From Mytilus edulis (lineage: Eukaryota), in the NCBI RefSeq assembly GCF_963676685.1, contig NC_092350.1, positions 61,442,001-61,506,000 on the forward strand: a stretch of DNA of 64,000 nucleotides, in the 5' to 3' direction. The notes under the pieces are model-generated. The model was given only the letters and a program-made list of their open reading frames with translations, was not told the origin of the DNA and ran no database searches. Both the position numbers and the translations under genes were made by a program. Positions 25,031 to 36,345 of this stretch are shown here, one piece after another; position 1 is the stretch's first letter; the number at the start of each line of letters is the position of its first letter.

Positions 25031-25906
25031 CAGGGTTTCCGCTGGCGGTCGCCATTTCGCAATTTGCGAAAAAATAATAATTTTGGCGATTAAAATTTGT
25101 CATTGGCGAAAGAATTTGGTGAAAGAAATATATATCACGATTTATTTTCCGCCATTTTGTTTATTTACTTTTTTCGGGTTTCTCTGACTTTACCGATCAG
25201 ACAATACTCAGAATTCACCTTGAACTCGTTAAAATTTTGACAGAAAATCAATAATCAGCTGATTGCATTTATAGGTATGGTCAGCTATCGACATCAAAGG
25301 ACTAATCAATAAAGGTGTTGATTGTTGATTGAATGAAAAAGTTAAATGGCTTCTGTCACATGTCACAAAAGGCATCTATTAACCACGTTGCGACGCACGT
25401 GTTAGAAACAAAGCTTTTACGCTTCCTCTCCTTCTTTTAATGATAGCCCAGAAGAGAAAACTGTTGTAATGACGAAAAATGTTTAAAAGCAAGAAAGGTC
25501 TCTGATTTAAAATTTTATCATTTAACTTTTATAAAGATCGTTGATTTGAGTGTGCAATTCGTTTCAGTGACACACGTGATTCAAGTATATAGTTTTACTT
25601 ATTTACGACAGTCTAGTAGTAGAAAAGAAAAATCGTTATGAAGAAATCTATTCAAAAGGTTGGCATGAGAGTAACCCTTCAATGTAATGACTACACCTTA
25701 CACGAGGGATCAATTCCAAGTGATAAGATGCTTTGTTTTGTTGTAAAAACACTTCGTATTTAGGTAGGGGGCCTGGAAAAAAAAGTATTTTTTTTAAATA
25801 AAAATATATTTGTGTTACTTGGCGAAAAAAATAATAAAGTGGCGAAAAATATATTGTTTTGGCAAAGGAGGTGGCGAAAAAAATAATTGACCCAGGGGAA
25901 ACCCTG
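25031..25906. mobile_element. Non-autonomous hAT element (876 bp)
   Basis: TIR CAGGGTTTCC(G/C)CTGG, perfect 8-bp TSD CTCTAATG, subterminal TGGCGAAA repeats. Confidence 0.92.
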
Positions 25907-27008
25907 CTCTAATGTATATAATAACAAAAGTTAAACAAAAATTTAAAAACGTGATACACCAATATGAAGAAAGTATAATAATTACAATAACGAACCCCTA
26001 TGAAAATTCAAGATGGGAAGTCCTTTCTCAAATGGTAAAATCAATAGCTCAAAAACATGAAACTTACATGTCAATGTCTTATTCCTAACTTGGGACATGC
26101 CTTTCCTCTTATTGAAAAGCGTAGATTAAACCTTGTTTTATAGCTTTTTTTAGACATGCTTTGCTGCATGTTTTCGCAGTTTACAGATTATCTCTAGTTT
26201 GCATATAAAACACCCACACAACTTGATAATCGTCATAAAAGTTAATACCTTCTAATAAAAACCAATTGGTGGTTTCGATTTCTTTCGATTATTTTCTTCA
26301 TCAACTTGGCTAATTATGAATGCTGCCTTGTTTCCAAAACCTATCAAAACAATTCCTTTACAAACAATCGAATCATAGAGAAAAAAACATAGGGTAAACT
26401 TTTTTCAAGGGCAATAATTTGAACTAGTTTGATTGTTGGTTACTGTCATTTTTATTCTCTCATAGATCTGTTTGTTCTTGCTATCAATAATCGCTCTGTC
26501 TATTTCAGTTAATTTCTATATCCACTTGATTTTTTTGCAACAATATCCAAATTTAAAAAAAAAACTTAAATGTCTTTGAGTTTTCATTTTTAAACCTTTT
26601 ATAAGCAGTAAGCTGACTTTTGAATTATTAACTTAAAACTGTACACAACTAAAACTCAACTGTCATTAATAGACTTTGGCTCTTTTGTTAAAATATTAAA
26701 TAATCTTTCTTGACGATAAACATTTTACTAGTTTTCAAGATGTTAGCAAACAAAACAAAATTTAAATGTTAATGTATTTAACTTGCTAATCACTTAACTG
26801 AGAAAGGTTTTGAGATACATGGCAAACATTACGCGTGTTTTTTTTATATCCTGAATAATGATAGAAAAAGAAAATTGAATCAAAAAAGCAAACTCGAATG
26901 AAAACTAGAAATGTTCAAAATGATAACGTTTGTCTAAAACATTTTAAAACACCACGATCAAAACTGATAAGTCTGTAGATAACATGCCGACGTCGATCCG
27001 TTTCTAAA

Positions 27009-27074
27009 TCAGTCACGTTAAGATAACATTTTCGATAAACTAGACGGTCGGGAATGAATGTTTCAAAGTAAAAG
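27009..27074 (+). other. Putative exon 1 of TRIM-like copy 3 (intron 27075-28679)
   Basis: TCAGTC start and AAG|GTAGG donor, conserved with paralogues. Confidence 0.6.
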
Positions 27075-28275
27075 GTAGGATTTATCACTTTATTCCAAAA
27101 TTACTTCTTCTATTTTTTGGTTTTGTTTTCATTGAAAAATATGCATATGGTCTAAACTCGTGAAATTTATAAAACCGTATCATTTTTACTTTTGTGCGGA
27201 AACTAGTTCGGACACATTATATATATATTTGTCAAAATGATAACGTCTATTTCTAATACACCACTTTCGAATTTGTTAAGTATTAAGATAGGAATTTTTT
27301 ATCAGTTTAAAAATAGTTAACTGATTTATATATCCTTTAAAAACCTGTCTGGAATTATCTCACATTATAATGTAATTTTGGGAATTTATAGGATATTTTC
27401 AATACAACTTTTATTTTAGCTACGTTTTTCATTCTTTTTAATATAGTTTTGACCTTCATACGAGATATTTGTAAAATTGCATTCTTTCGTTCTGGGCAAG
27501 AACATTATATATGTTATGTCCCTTTTCTAGGCAAAGTTATTGTCTTCGGTCATAATGTCTTTGTCATCTTCGAGGATTTGTATAGTACTATATGGAAATT
27601 ATATTTATAAACGTTCACGGGCAAATTCAGTTAACAGGGTCAAGAAACGAAACTGCATTTTGTGTAATGTTTGACAGAAGTGACATGATTCAATAATTTA
27701 TTTATTTGTGTACTTCATCAACATTCGTTTGAATATCGTTGTCAAGCTGAATTGAACTGTAACATGCGATTAAGTTTGGTGGTGTTTTCAGTTTATGATT
27801 ATATAATTTTATCTTATTGATAAACAATAAGTATATCAACATACTTCAACAATACTGTCAATCAGATGGTCAATGAAAATGGGTCTAAAATCAAAATTGA
27901 TTATGTTTAGCCGCTTACCGAACAAGACAAATAAATATGTCTCATACGAATAATCGGTGTATTTGAGCCCCTTGAAGGTTAACATCATATTTAAGGCCAA
28001 TCTAAATTCCTTTATATAATATATTATATTTCCACTTATGAAAAAGTTAACTGCCCGATGTTGTCAATTTAAGATACGTGACTCTGGACGCTACAATCGT
28101 TTAAATTTACTTTCATTTCGGGAGATTTCATAACTGTTCATGCGGAATGTGGAATAATATAAATGAGAATTATTCCGATTTTGTAATTTACTATTGATTG
28201 GTTGATTATTTGTATGAAACGTAATTTTCAGGAATCATGGCTATATTGGAAACCATCTTTTTATTGACGTATGAA

Positions 28276-28550
28276 AAAAGTAAAATCACAAAAAAACTGA
28301 ACTCAGAGGAAAATCAATTTGGAAAGTCCATAATCACATGGCAAAATCAAAAAACAAAACGCATCAAAAACGAATGGACAAGAACTGTCATATTCCTGAC
28401 TTGGTACAGGCATTTTCAAATGTAGAAAATGGTGGATTAAACCTGGTTCTATAGCACTAACCCTCTCACTTTAATAACAGTCTCATCAAATTCCGCTACA
28501 TTTACACGATGCGTTAAATAAACAGTCACAATTGATAAAATAGTCAAAAA
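28276..28550 (+). repeat. SINE-like family C insertion in the intron of TRIM-like copy 3
   Basis: Absent at the paralogous site (~17365); other copies at 42558-42648, 61198-61420 and 54320-54432(-). Confidence 0.85.
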
Positions 28551-28689
28551 TAAAACTGGATGCCTGGAGAGAATCAACCCAATTCGACAAGAAATCAGAA
28601 TTAAGATATTATTTCTTTTATGTTGGTGTTTGATGGTGGTACTGATGTTAACTTTTAAATAACCTATTGTTATTTGTAGTTTGTGTTTA

Positions 28690-30381
28690 ATGGCGACAGC
28701 TGCTAAGACCTGTGGTGTTTGTGAACTACGTCACATTACTAAACCATCAATAGTCTGGTGTAGAGAATGCGACGAGGGACTATGTACAAAATGCAAGGAA
28801 CACCATAGCGTGTCAAAGGCATCGCAAAGCCATAGTGTAATTCATATAGCCGACAACCGAAAAATACCAGCTGATAAACTTAAAATTACTCAGTACTGTT
28901 CCAAACACAATAAAAAGTATAAAATGTATTGCCAGAAGCATGAATTCCTCTGCTGTAGAAAATGTATCACGGAAAGTCATAAAGAATGCCTTGATTTCAT
29001 CGAATTAGGTGACGTCATTCACAATGTCAAAACCTCCAATGCCATGTGCGAGCTAGAGGAAACATTAGTGGAAGTAGCACAAAATCTACAGAACATTCGT
29101 CAGCATCAACAGGTTAATCTGAAGACATTTATAGATAGTAGAAAGAAAATAGAAAAAGAAATAAAGACGACAAAAAAAAAGATCAACAAACATCTTGACA
29201 AACTACAAGAGGATTTAATGAAAGAACTCTATGCAATAGAAGAAAAAGAAAACCCAAAAATTCTTCTGTTATTGTCATCATTAGAACAGAAAGAAAAGGA
29301 AATAGCAGATTGTCAAAGAAACATTATGAACATCAAGCAACATGCAACCGATCTTCAAGTGTTTCTTTCAATGAAAAAAATAGAGAAGGACGTCTATAGC
29401 AAAAATCAATTTCTGCAGTCGATTGAAGAAGACAAGAATTTCAAACAAACTTTTCTTTCATGCAAGATCAACACATCTATCCAAAAAATCATATCCGACG
29501 TCAAAAGTTTTGGAGAAGTGAATATTGAGGCTAAATCTTGCGATATTGTTTTGGTAAGGAAAAAGGCCAAAGAAGCCCAAATGTTGGTACCGACCATTCA
29601 ATCAAGATCCATTGAAAATATAAACCTGACGCTACAAAAGACCTGCGACACTCAAGGAAACCACACCTATGGATGTTGCATTCTGTCGGATGGTAGATTT
29701 GCCTTTACTTACTACTATTATTGTAAGGTAACTGTATTTAACATGAAAGGATTAAATGATTTTGAAGTGAATTTGCCGTGTAATGCGTTTGATGTAGCGT
29801 ACATAAGTGAGGATAATGCATTGGCTGTCACATCTGGTAGTTCGGTGAATCCGTTAATCACCATTATAGACTTGGAGAAGAAACAAATCAAGAAAACAAT
29901 GTCACTAGATTCCCAAAGTTATGGTATATCATGGAACAATAATCAATTGATTTATTCCGGTTGCGACAAAGGAATACGAATGATCGACCTCAACGACGAG
30001 TCGATAAGTGACATAGTCCGAGACAAAATGCCAAGTGACTGTTACACTGCAACAGTTATGGACAAAATATATCATACACACAGAGAAACAAGCACTGTGA
30101 CATGTTATAATCGACAAGGTAAAATACAATGGATATTCTCAAATGAAAGTGTTCTGAAGAATCCCCGAGGTATAGATGTGGATAATTACGGCAATGTGTT
30201 CGTGGTGGGGTTCTCGTCGAACAATTTGGTAGTTATCTCCCCTGATGGACAACGACATAGAGAGGTCTTGACAACAGATGATGGTCTAAGTCATCCTGTC
30301 TCACTTAATTATAGTGGATCAAAGAACCAGTTGCTAGTCGCGAACTTGAGTGGCAAGGCTCATTTGTTTAATATTTATTAG
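28690..30381 (+). CDS. RING-less TRIM-like B-box/coiled-coil/NHL protein (563 aa)
   Basis: Intact ORF; closest paralogue of 17503-19194, with the same length and motifs. Confidence 0.92.
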   Translation: MATAAKTCGVCELRHITKPSIVWCRECDEGLCTKCKEHHSVSKASQSHSVIHIADNRKIPADKLKITQYCSKHNKKYKMYCQKHEFLCCRKCITESHKECLDFIELGDVIHNVKTSNAMCELEETLVEVAQNLQNIRQHQQVNLKTFIDSRKKIEKEIKTTKKKINKHLDKLQEDLMKELYAIEEKENPKILLLLSSLEQKEKEIADCQRNIMNIKQHATDLQVFLSMKKIEKDVYSKNQFLQSIEEDKNFKQTFLSCKINTSIQKIISDVKSFGEVNIEAKSCDIVLVRKKAKEAQMLVPTIQSRSIENINLTLQKTCDTQGNHTYGCCILSDGRFAFTYYYYCKVTVFNMKGLNDFEVNLPCNAFDVAYISEDNALAVTSGSSVNPLITIIDLEKKQIKKTMSLDSQSYGISWNNNQLIYSGCDKGIRMIDLNDESISDIVRDKMPSDCYTATVMDKIYHTHRETSTVTCYNRQGKIQWIFSNESVLKNPRGIDVDNYGNVFVVGFSSNNLVVISPDGQRHREVLTTDDGLSHPVSLNYSGSKNQLLVANLSGKAHLFNIY

Positions 30382-30596
30382 ACAAAGTTCACAGTTAAAA
30401 CTTCTCTCCCTTTAGGTCATTCTGTACAGTGTTTATAACAACTGGATTTCGGAAACCTATTTTGTAAATATCAGCTGTTATATAATATTTAGTGTTCATT
30501 TGAAACAAAATAAAGTATTCAGTGAATTATAGTTTTTGGGCTAATAACAACAGTGCCTCATATGCCTGAAGAGTATACTTACGCTAATATTAATTG

Positions 30597-30673
30597 ATAT
30601 TTCTTTGTTTACCCCTGCGCGTATCGTTGGATATAATATATAACGATACGCGCTGCGGTAAAGACAGAAATAT
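30597..30673. repeat. Short inverted repeat (~32-bp arms)
   Basis: GCGCGTATCGTT...AACGATACGCGC core with imperfect extensions. Confidence 0.75.
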
Positions 30674-31232
30674 TATATGTCTCTCCGTCTGTGCATCCGT
30701 CCAATCGTCCTTTTGTTCTTATTAGCGCTGTCACATAAACAATTCTGGCCAGATTTTAATAAATCTACATCAGTAATATTTTGACATGTTCAAAAATTAG
30801 TGCTGATGAACTGTTTGATAAGGAGTTTTTTTCAAATAAAAATCATATTTGAAATGATAAACGCTCTCTTGCCTACTTATCTTATAGGATTTTTATCAAG
30901 TAGATATATTAGCAATGTCTAAGACGAGTCCTTAAAGACGGGTAGATCAACTTTAAAAAAGAAAGTATGTCCTTATATTGAAAGTTGTATTGTAAGCGCT
31001 CTCAAATCTACATGTGTTGTCATAATTTAAGGAAATGTATATCATGTATATGAAAGGTAATTCTGCATCATTTTGGACAAACGCCAAACTTATTTTTTAC
31101 AGGAATTATTACCCTTCAATATGTAAATTCTTTGAAAAATTATATTGTTAACACTCTTATGTCTCCTTTTCTTGTTAATTTTGTTTTGCAATTCAGAGTA
31201 AAGCTTTATATTAGCAAGCAATAATTGTTTCA

Positions 31233-31951
31233 ATCTGGTTAAAATACAAATCCGGTCTGTCCAAGCTTTGCTTGCAAGGATCGGATACGCTTCACTCTAC
31301 GTTCTGTAGACGTTCCGGGATCCTCTAGTTTTGTCGGATTAATACACACCTTCAAAAATTTAAGGCTAAAATTTTATTGGCTGATGTAATAATTACCAGA
31401 ACAGAAAGTTAAACGGATTGTTTTCAGATCCTTGTACGCAAAGCTAAGACACATGAGTCTGATCCTTGTTAGCAAAGCTAAGACACATGAGTCAGATCCT
31501 TGTTCGTAAAGCTAAGACACATGAGTCAGATCCTTGTTAGCAAAGCTAAAACACATGAGTCAGATCCTTATTAGCAAAGCTAAGACACACGAGTCAGATC
31601 CTTGTTCGCATAGCTAAGACACAGGATTCAAATCCTTGTTCGCAAATCTAAGACACATGAGTCAGATCCTTGTTAGCAAAGCTAAGACACAGGATTCAGA
31701 TCTTGTTCGCAAAGCTAAGACACAGGAGTCAGATCCTTGTTCGCAAAGCTAAGACACAGGAGGCAGATCCTTGTTAGCAAAGCTAAGACACAGGAGTCAG
31801 ATCCTTGTTCGCAAAGCTAAGACACAGAAGTCAGATCCTTGTTAGCAAAGGCTTAGACACATGAGTCAGATCCTTGTTAGCAAATCTAAGACACAGGAGT
31901 CAGATCCTTGTAAGCAAAGCTAAGACACAGGATCTGTATTTTTAATCAGAA
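31233..31951. mobile_element. TIR element (~50-bp TIRs) carrying a minisatellite
   Basis: 31233-31285 is an imperfect reverse complement of 31899-31951. Confidence 0.7.
31425..31932. repeat. 34-bp minisatellite, ~15 copies
   Basis: Unit CAGATCCTTGTT(A/C)GCAAAGCTAAGACACA(T/G)GAGT. Confidence 0.95.
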
Positions 31952-32483
31952 TACTCTGTGTCGATAATCTTTTCTTACAGGAGTTATGGCCCTCTTGAAA
32001 TTTAAAATTCTGTAGAAAATTGCATCATAAGTGATCCCATGCCTTCATTTCTTGTATGATATTATGAAAAAAATATAAAATACCCAAAGAAATATATTAT
32101 TATAGTACCCCTATTTCTATGTTTCATTGTCCGTCCTTCAGTGCTACTAAACAGAATTACTTCATATTTGGTCAGCAGCTTTGCAGTAATGAGTTGTAAT
32201 TATTGGATCTGTCAGACACATTCTTGCTGTTTTTCCAAACTTTATAATTCGACTGTAGATATGCTTAGAGAGATCTGCGTGCCTGTTATTTTATTTTTTA
32301 TTATTTCCATTAACATATACTATATCGATCGATCGAAACGTGCTGTTCTTTTATTGCGATATATTTATGTTACAAATTACATTAGACATGAATTTATAAA
32401 AAGATTAGTCGTTGGCAACATTCTTCTCTGAAATATATTATGGTTGCGACAGGTCTAATATATACATAGTATGGGAAATATGA

Positions 32484-32530
32484 AAGCAAGACACGCGTTT
32501 CGTCTACATAAGACTCATCAGTCACGCTCG
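32484..32530 (-). ncRNA. Type I minimal hammerhead ribozyme motif within a retrozyme-like relic (32484-32593)
   Basis: Minus strand reads GAGCGUGA-CUGAUGA-GUCU(UAUGU)AGAC-GAAA-CGCGU-GUC^UUGCU: complete catalytic core, perfect stem II, minimal stem III. Confidence 0.85.
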
Positions 32531-32923
32531 AATCAAAACAATTACACGACCAAATCAAGTAGGAAGTTGAAAGCATTGATGACCCAAAATTTCGCAGGTC
32601 TTACATTATTATATCACATTTAAGAAACATAGCATTTTTGAATATGTAGAAACAGTAATTTTGTGTACGTTCTTTAATCGTTGACATACACATTCAAACG
32701 TAAGTACGAATTGATATTAAAACTTGATGATGTATTTCAAAGGAATGCATGCCAAACATTTTATAACTATTTAATTACAAAAATATACAAGAACATGACA
32801 AAGTTAGTCTTTATTTTTACGAGAGAAAAAAAGATTAGAGAATAACGGGGTGTTAAAAATATAAAGAATAGGAAATAATGGGCAACAAAGATAAAACCAT
32901 GAGAAAAAGTTCTAAATATAAAG

Positions 32924-33402
32924 GAAGTACACCACTAAGTCATGGCCCATTGCTTTCTATGTTACAGCAAACACAGTTCTTTTGTTTTAAGTTCAAATAA
33001 AGTGACAATCATTGCATGTCAAAGCAACACTTTATGGTGTCTTGTACTGAAAAAAATCAACATACCTTTAATGGCATATAAGAAAGAACTAGTTCCCGGA
33101 ACTACGGATGTACCAAAACAGGTACTTCAGATCTGACAAACAGGAAAAATGTACCATCTTTATAAAATTTGGTGCAGTTATTTTAATATTCCAAATTATA
33201 AGTCAAAAACTGTTCTACAACAATCACCAGTCATTCAGTTTGCATTTGATACAAACAATACCTAAATATTCTACATATTTTTAAAGTTACACTCATGCGT
33301 AGGAACTATTTTGTGTTAAATATGTACTTCTTTCGTATGTGCTTTCTGGCCGGGCCGAATTGTATGTGCTTTCTGGCCGGGCCGAATTAGTGGTGTTACA
33401 CC
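32924..33402. mobile_element. Degenerate TIR element with a 27-bp tandem duplication (33335-33388)
   Basis: GTACACCACTAAGTCATGGCCC vs GGGCCGAATTAGTGGTGTTAC; TIR related to the 34206-34664 element. Confidence 0.5.
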
Positions 33403-34205
33403 TAAAGAACAAAGAAATAAACTACAACCTTTCTAGACCCCATATATGACAAAAACAACCACTAACGTGATTCGTGACTTGAAACAGGCACATGAAAAAA
33501 TCGAGGTTATTAATATATATCTCAACCTTTAAATGGAGCCTAATGGAATAAACAATACGCACATGTAAACATAAAATCAGTACAGTCATGAGAAAAGGAC
33601 GTAAATCGATGATAACGGTAGTATAAAACAACATGTAATAGATATCAAAAGCTCACGTAAAAATAATACAGTAATACACTATATCGTATCAAAGAATGAT
33701 CACAGTAACCTGTTTAAAAACCGTTAAAATATTTTCTAGTTTTCATGATTAAAACTCCTATAAGCACCTGACTATTCCAGTTATTGACTTGAAACTTTAT
33801 ACAGCAAATAATTAACTGTCATTTTAGACTTTGGCTCTTCCTTTTTTGTTTAAATAGTATATAAACTTTCTTGGCCTTAAATTTGTCTTGTAAGTTATGT
33901 TTTCTTCTTGTCACTAATTAAAAGACCGGACTTGTTTGTAGATCTTGTCTAGCTGATAATTTTTTTACTTAAATTTTCTTTCTGTCTACTAGTTTTGAAG
34001 ATGATAACAAACAAAAAACAACTGCGAAATTTGCTAAGAATTGAAATATTCAGAGGCAATAACCACAAAATGAGTTTTCCTTTGAAACTTTCAATGTCAA
34101 TGTATCTTGTCTCGCTAATCATTTTCACCTGGTTATTTGACTGGTTAAGATCGAGATACAAGGCAAACCTAGCACGTGGTTTTCACCGGAAAACGTTTGG
34201 TTTGT

Positions 34206-34664
34206 GGTGTCACACCACCAATTACTCCCTTAAATTTAGAACGTAGGCCTACTCGGACAAAAAATAGAGCATTTGATGTCATTGTTTACTTAAACTACCC
34301 AACAAATTTGCAGAAATGAAACTTTTGGTGAAAGAGAAATATATTAAGACCATTTTGAGCCCAAATTTACTTGTCTATGAGTTGACATTAAAAATTGAGG
34401 ATTAATGCGCTCCATAGTATATTAATTTAAAATTTCAAGAAAACCAGGGGTTATTTTTAGTGGTACATCCATTCGGAAGGTCTCTTCTTTCTTATATGGC
34501 TTTAAAGGTATGCTGAAAATTGACATGAAGAAAGGTGATACATGTACGATTCAGGACATACCTGGTTTGTAAGATGTTGAACTGAAGATAAAAAATTTAG
34601 AAAGCTATGAAAGTTGCAAAATTTGGTTGAACAGATAGGGACTTTTAATTGGTGGTCTGACATC
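34206..34664. mobile_element. TIR element inserted upstream of TRIM-like copy 4
   Basis: GGTGTCACACCACCAATT / AATTGGTGGTCTGACATC with TTTGT on both sides; absent from the paralogous regions of copies 2 and 3. Confidence 0.75.
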
Positions 34665-34822
34665 TTTGTTGTATCCAGAAATAATGAAATAGACGAAAAC
34701 ATGAATGAAAAAGCAAAGTCGAAGAAATTTAAAAATATGCAGAATGATTACGTTTATTTTTAATACACCCCTATCTAACATGTAGATTAAATTTAAACAT
34801 TCCAGCATTTATCAATTTCAAA

Positions 34823-34898
34823 TCAGTCACTTTATTGATAACCTTCTTGATAAATCAGGCGGTCGGGAATGAATATTGAATATTGCATGTATTGCAAG
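34823..34898 (+). other. Putative exon 1 of TRIM-like copy 4 (intron 34899-36335)
   Basis: AAATCAGTCAC start and AAG|GTAAT donor, homologous to copies 2 and 3. Confidence 0.6.
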
Positions 34899-35334
34899 GT
34901 AATTTTTAAAGATTCAATCGATACTACCTATATTAATTCTTTAGTTACGTTTTCTATTTTTTCAAATATACGTATGAACTAAATTCTTGAAATTTGTAAA
35001 AGTTTATTATTTTATGGTTCGTTCTAGGCTGGGAATATTTATGTATCTTCATTTATGTTATGTACCTGTTATAGGACAATATATTATCTTTATTTGTAAT
35101 GTCTTTGATACTTACAAGGATTTGTTTAGTACTATACCAATTGTAGGAGCTATATATATATATATTATATATGTACATGTTCATGTCAGGAAACGATACT
35201 GTATTTGGTATATACAACTCTGCTATCAATAAACAAGTAAATTGGCTCACAGACACCCCACCACCGCCCACCACCCCCCAAAAAATAAAACACATCAAAA
35301 TACTACAAAAACACAAAATGGCGTAGGTATAACC

Positions 35335-35660
35335 ATTTAAAAGAGGGACGAAAGATACCAAAGGGACAGTGAAACTCATAAATCAAAAACAAACTGACAA
35401 CGCCATGGCTAAAAATGAAAAAGACAAACAGAAAAACAAAAGCACACATGACACAACATAGAAAACTAAAGAATAAACAACACGAACCCCACCAAAAACT
35501 AGGAGTGATCTCAGGTGCTCCGGAAGGGTAAGCAGATCCTGCTCCACATGTGGTACCCGTCGTGTTGCTTATGTGATTACAAATCCGGTAAATAGTCTAA
35601 TTCGGTAGGTCACATTCATGAAAGGGAAGTGGATTGTAGTTACGACGTAAGGAACATTTA
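35335..35660 (-). repeat. Interspersed repeat family D, best-preserved copy
   Basis: GATCTCAGGTGCTCCGGAAGGGTAAGCAGATCCTGCTCCACATG core shared with 2700-2870 and other copies. Confidence 0.8.
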
Positions 35661-36104
35661 ACATATTCGTTCAACCGATTTTTTTCCTTTTTGTTAAAAG
35701 AAAATAAGAAAATTAAAAGTATTTAATGTATAAAATTGTACTTTGTCATGCGATTCCGTTTGGTGTGAAATAATTGGGTAATTATATTTTTCGTCTAAAG
35801 AATTTACAAGAAATATATCAACATAATCCAACTAACACTACAATTTATATGATCAATGGAAATGACTGGCTTGTTGTAGTCAACAGTCATGATTAATTAG
35901 ATTTATCCTCTAACCCAATATGATAAATAGCTGCTCGTTTCAAAAGAACAATTGATGTTTGTAAAACCTAAAGATAATGTACTTTATGTTTAAAGCAAAT
36001 CGAAAGTGAATTTCTTGATTTAATATAAATTTCAATTGTCCTATTTTACAATTTCGATTATATGACTATGGGAACGGTTTCCATTAGGGAATATGTACTG
36101 TTGG

Positions 36105-36228
36105 TTGATTGATTGATTATTGGTGTTTAACGCCACTTTCGCCACTCGGCTAACTTATAGCGATCAGTTTTTATTGGTAAAGGAGACCGGAGTGCCCGGT
36201 TATAACCAACGACCTCCGGCAGGCAAAA
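36105..36228 (-). repeat. Degenerate SINE 3' fragment (V/CORE-like)
   Basis: (TTGA/TTGG)n tail, then GGTGTTTAACGCCACTTTC...ACCGGAGTGCCCGG; recognised from memory of mollusc SINEs. Confidence 0.5.
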
Positions 36229-36345
36229 TAAATTAAGCCATGCAGGTTGTGTTGGTGGTTGATAGGTTGCTGTTGTTTTAAACTTTTACATAAAACTATT
36301 GTTATGACTAATCTTTTTTTTATATTAATTTTAAGCTTGTGTTTA

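Noticed and set aside
31425-31932. CRISPR-like regular repeat array
   Set aside because: Head-to-tail units without unique spacers, no cas genes, eukaryotic context
36247-36345. Hydrophobic, signal-peptide-like N-terminal extension of TRIM copy 4
   Set aside because: It is the polypyrimidine tract of the predicted intron; paralogues start at the downstream ATG
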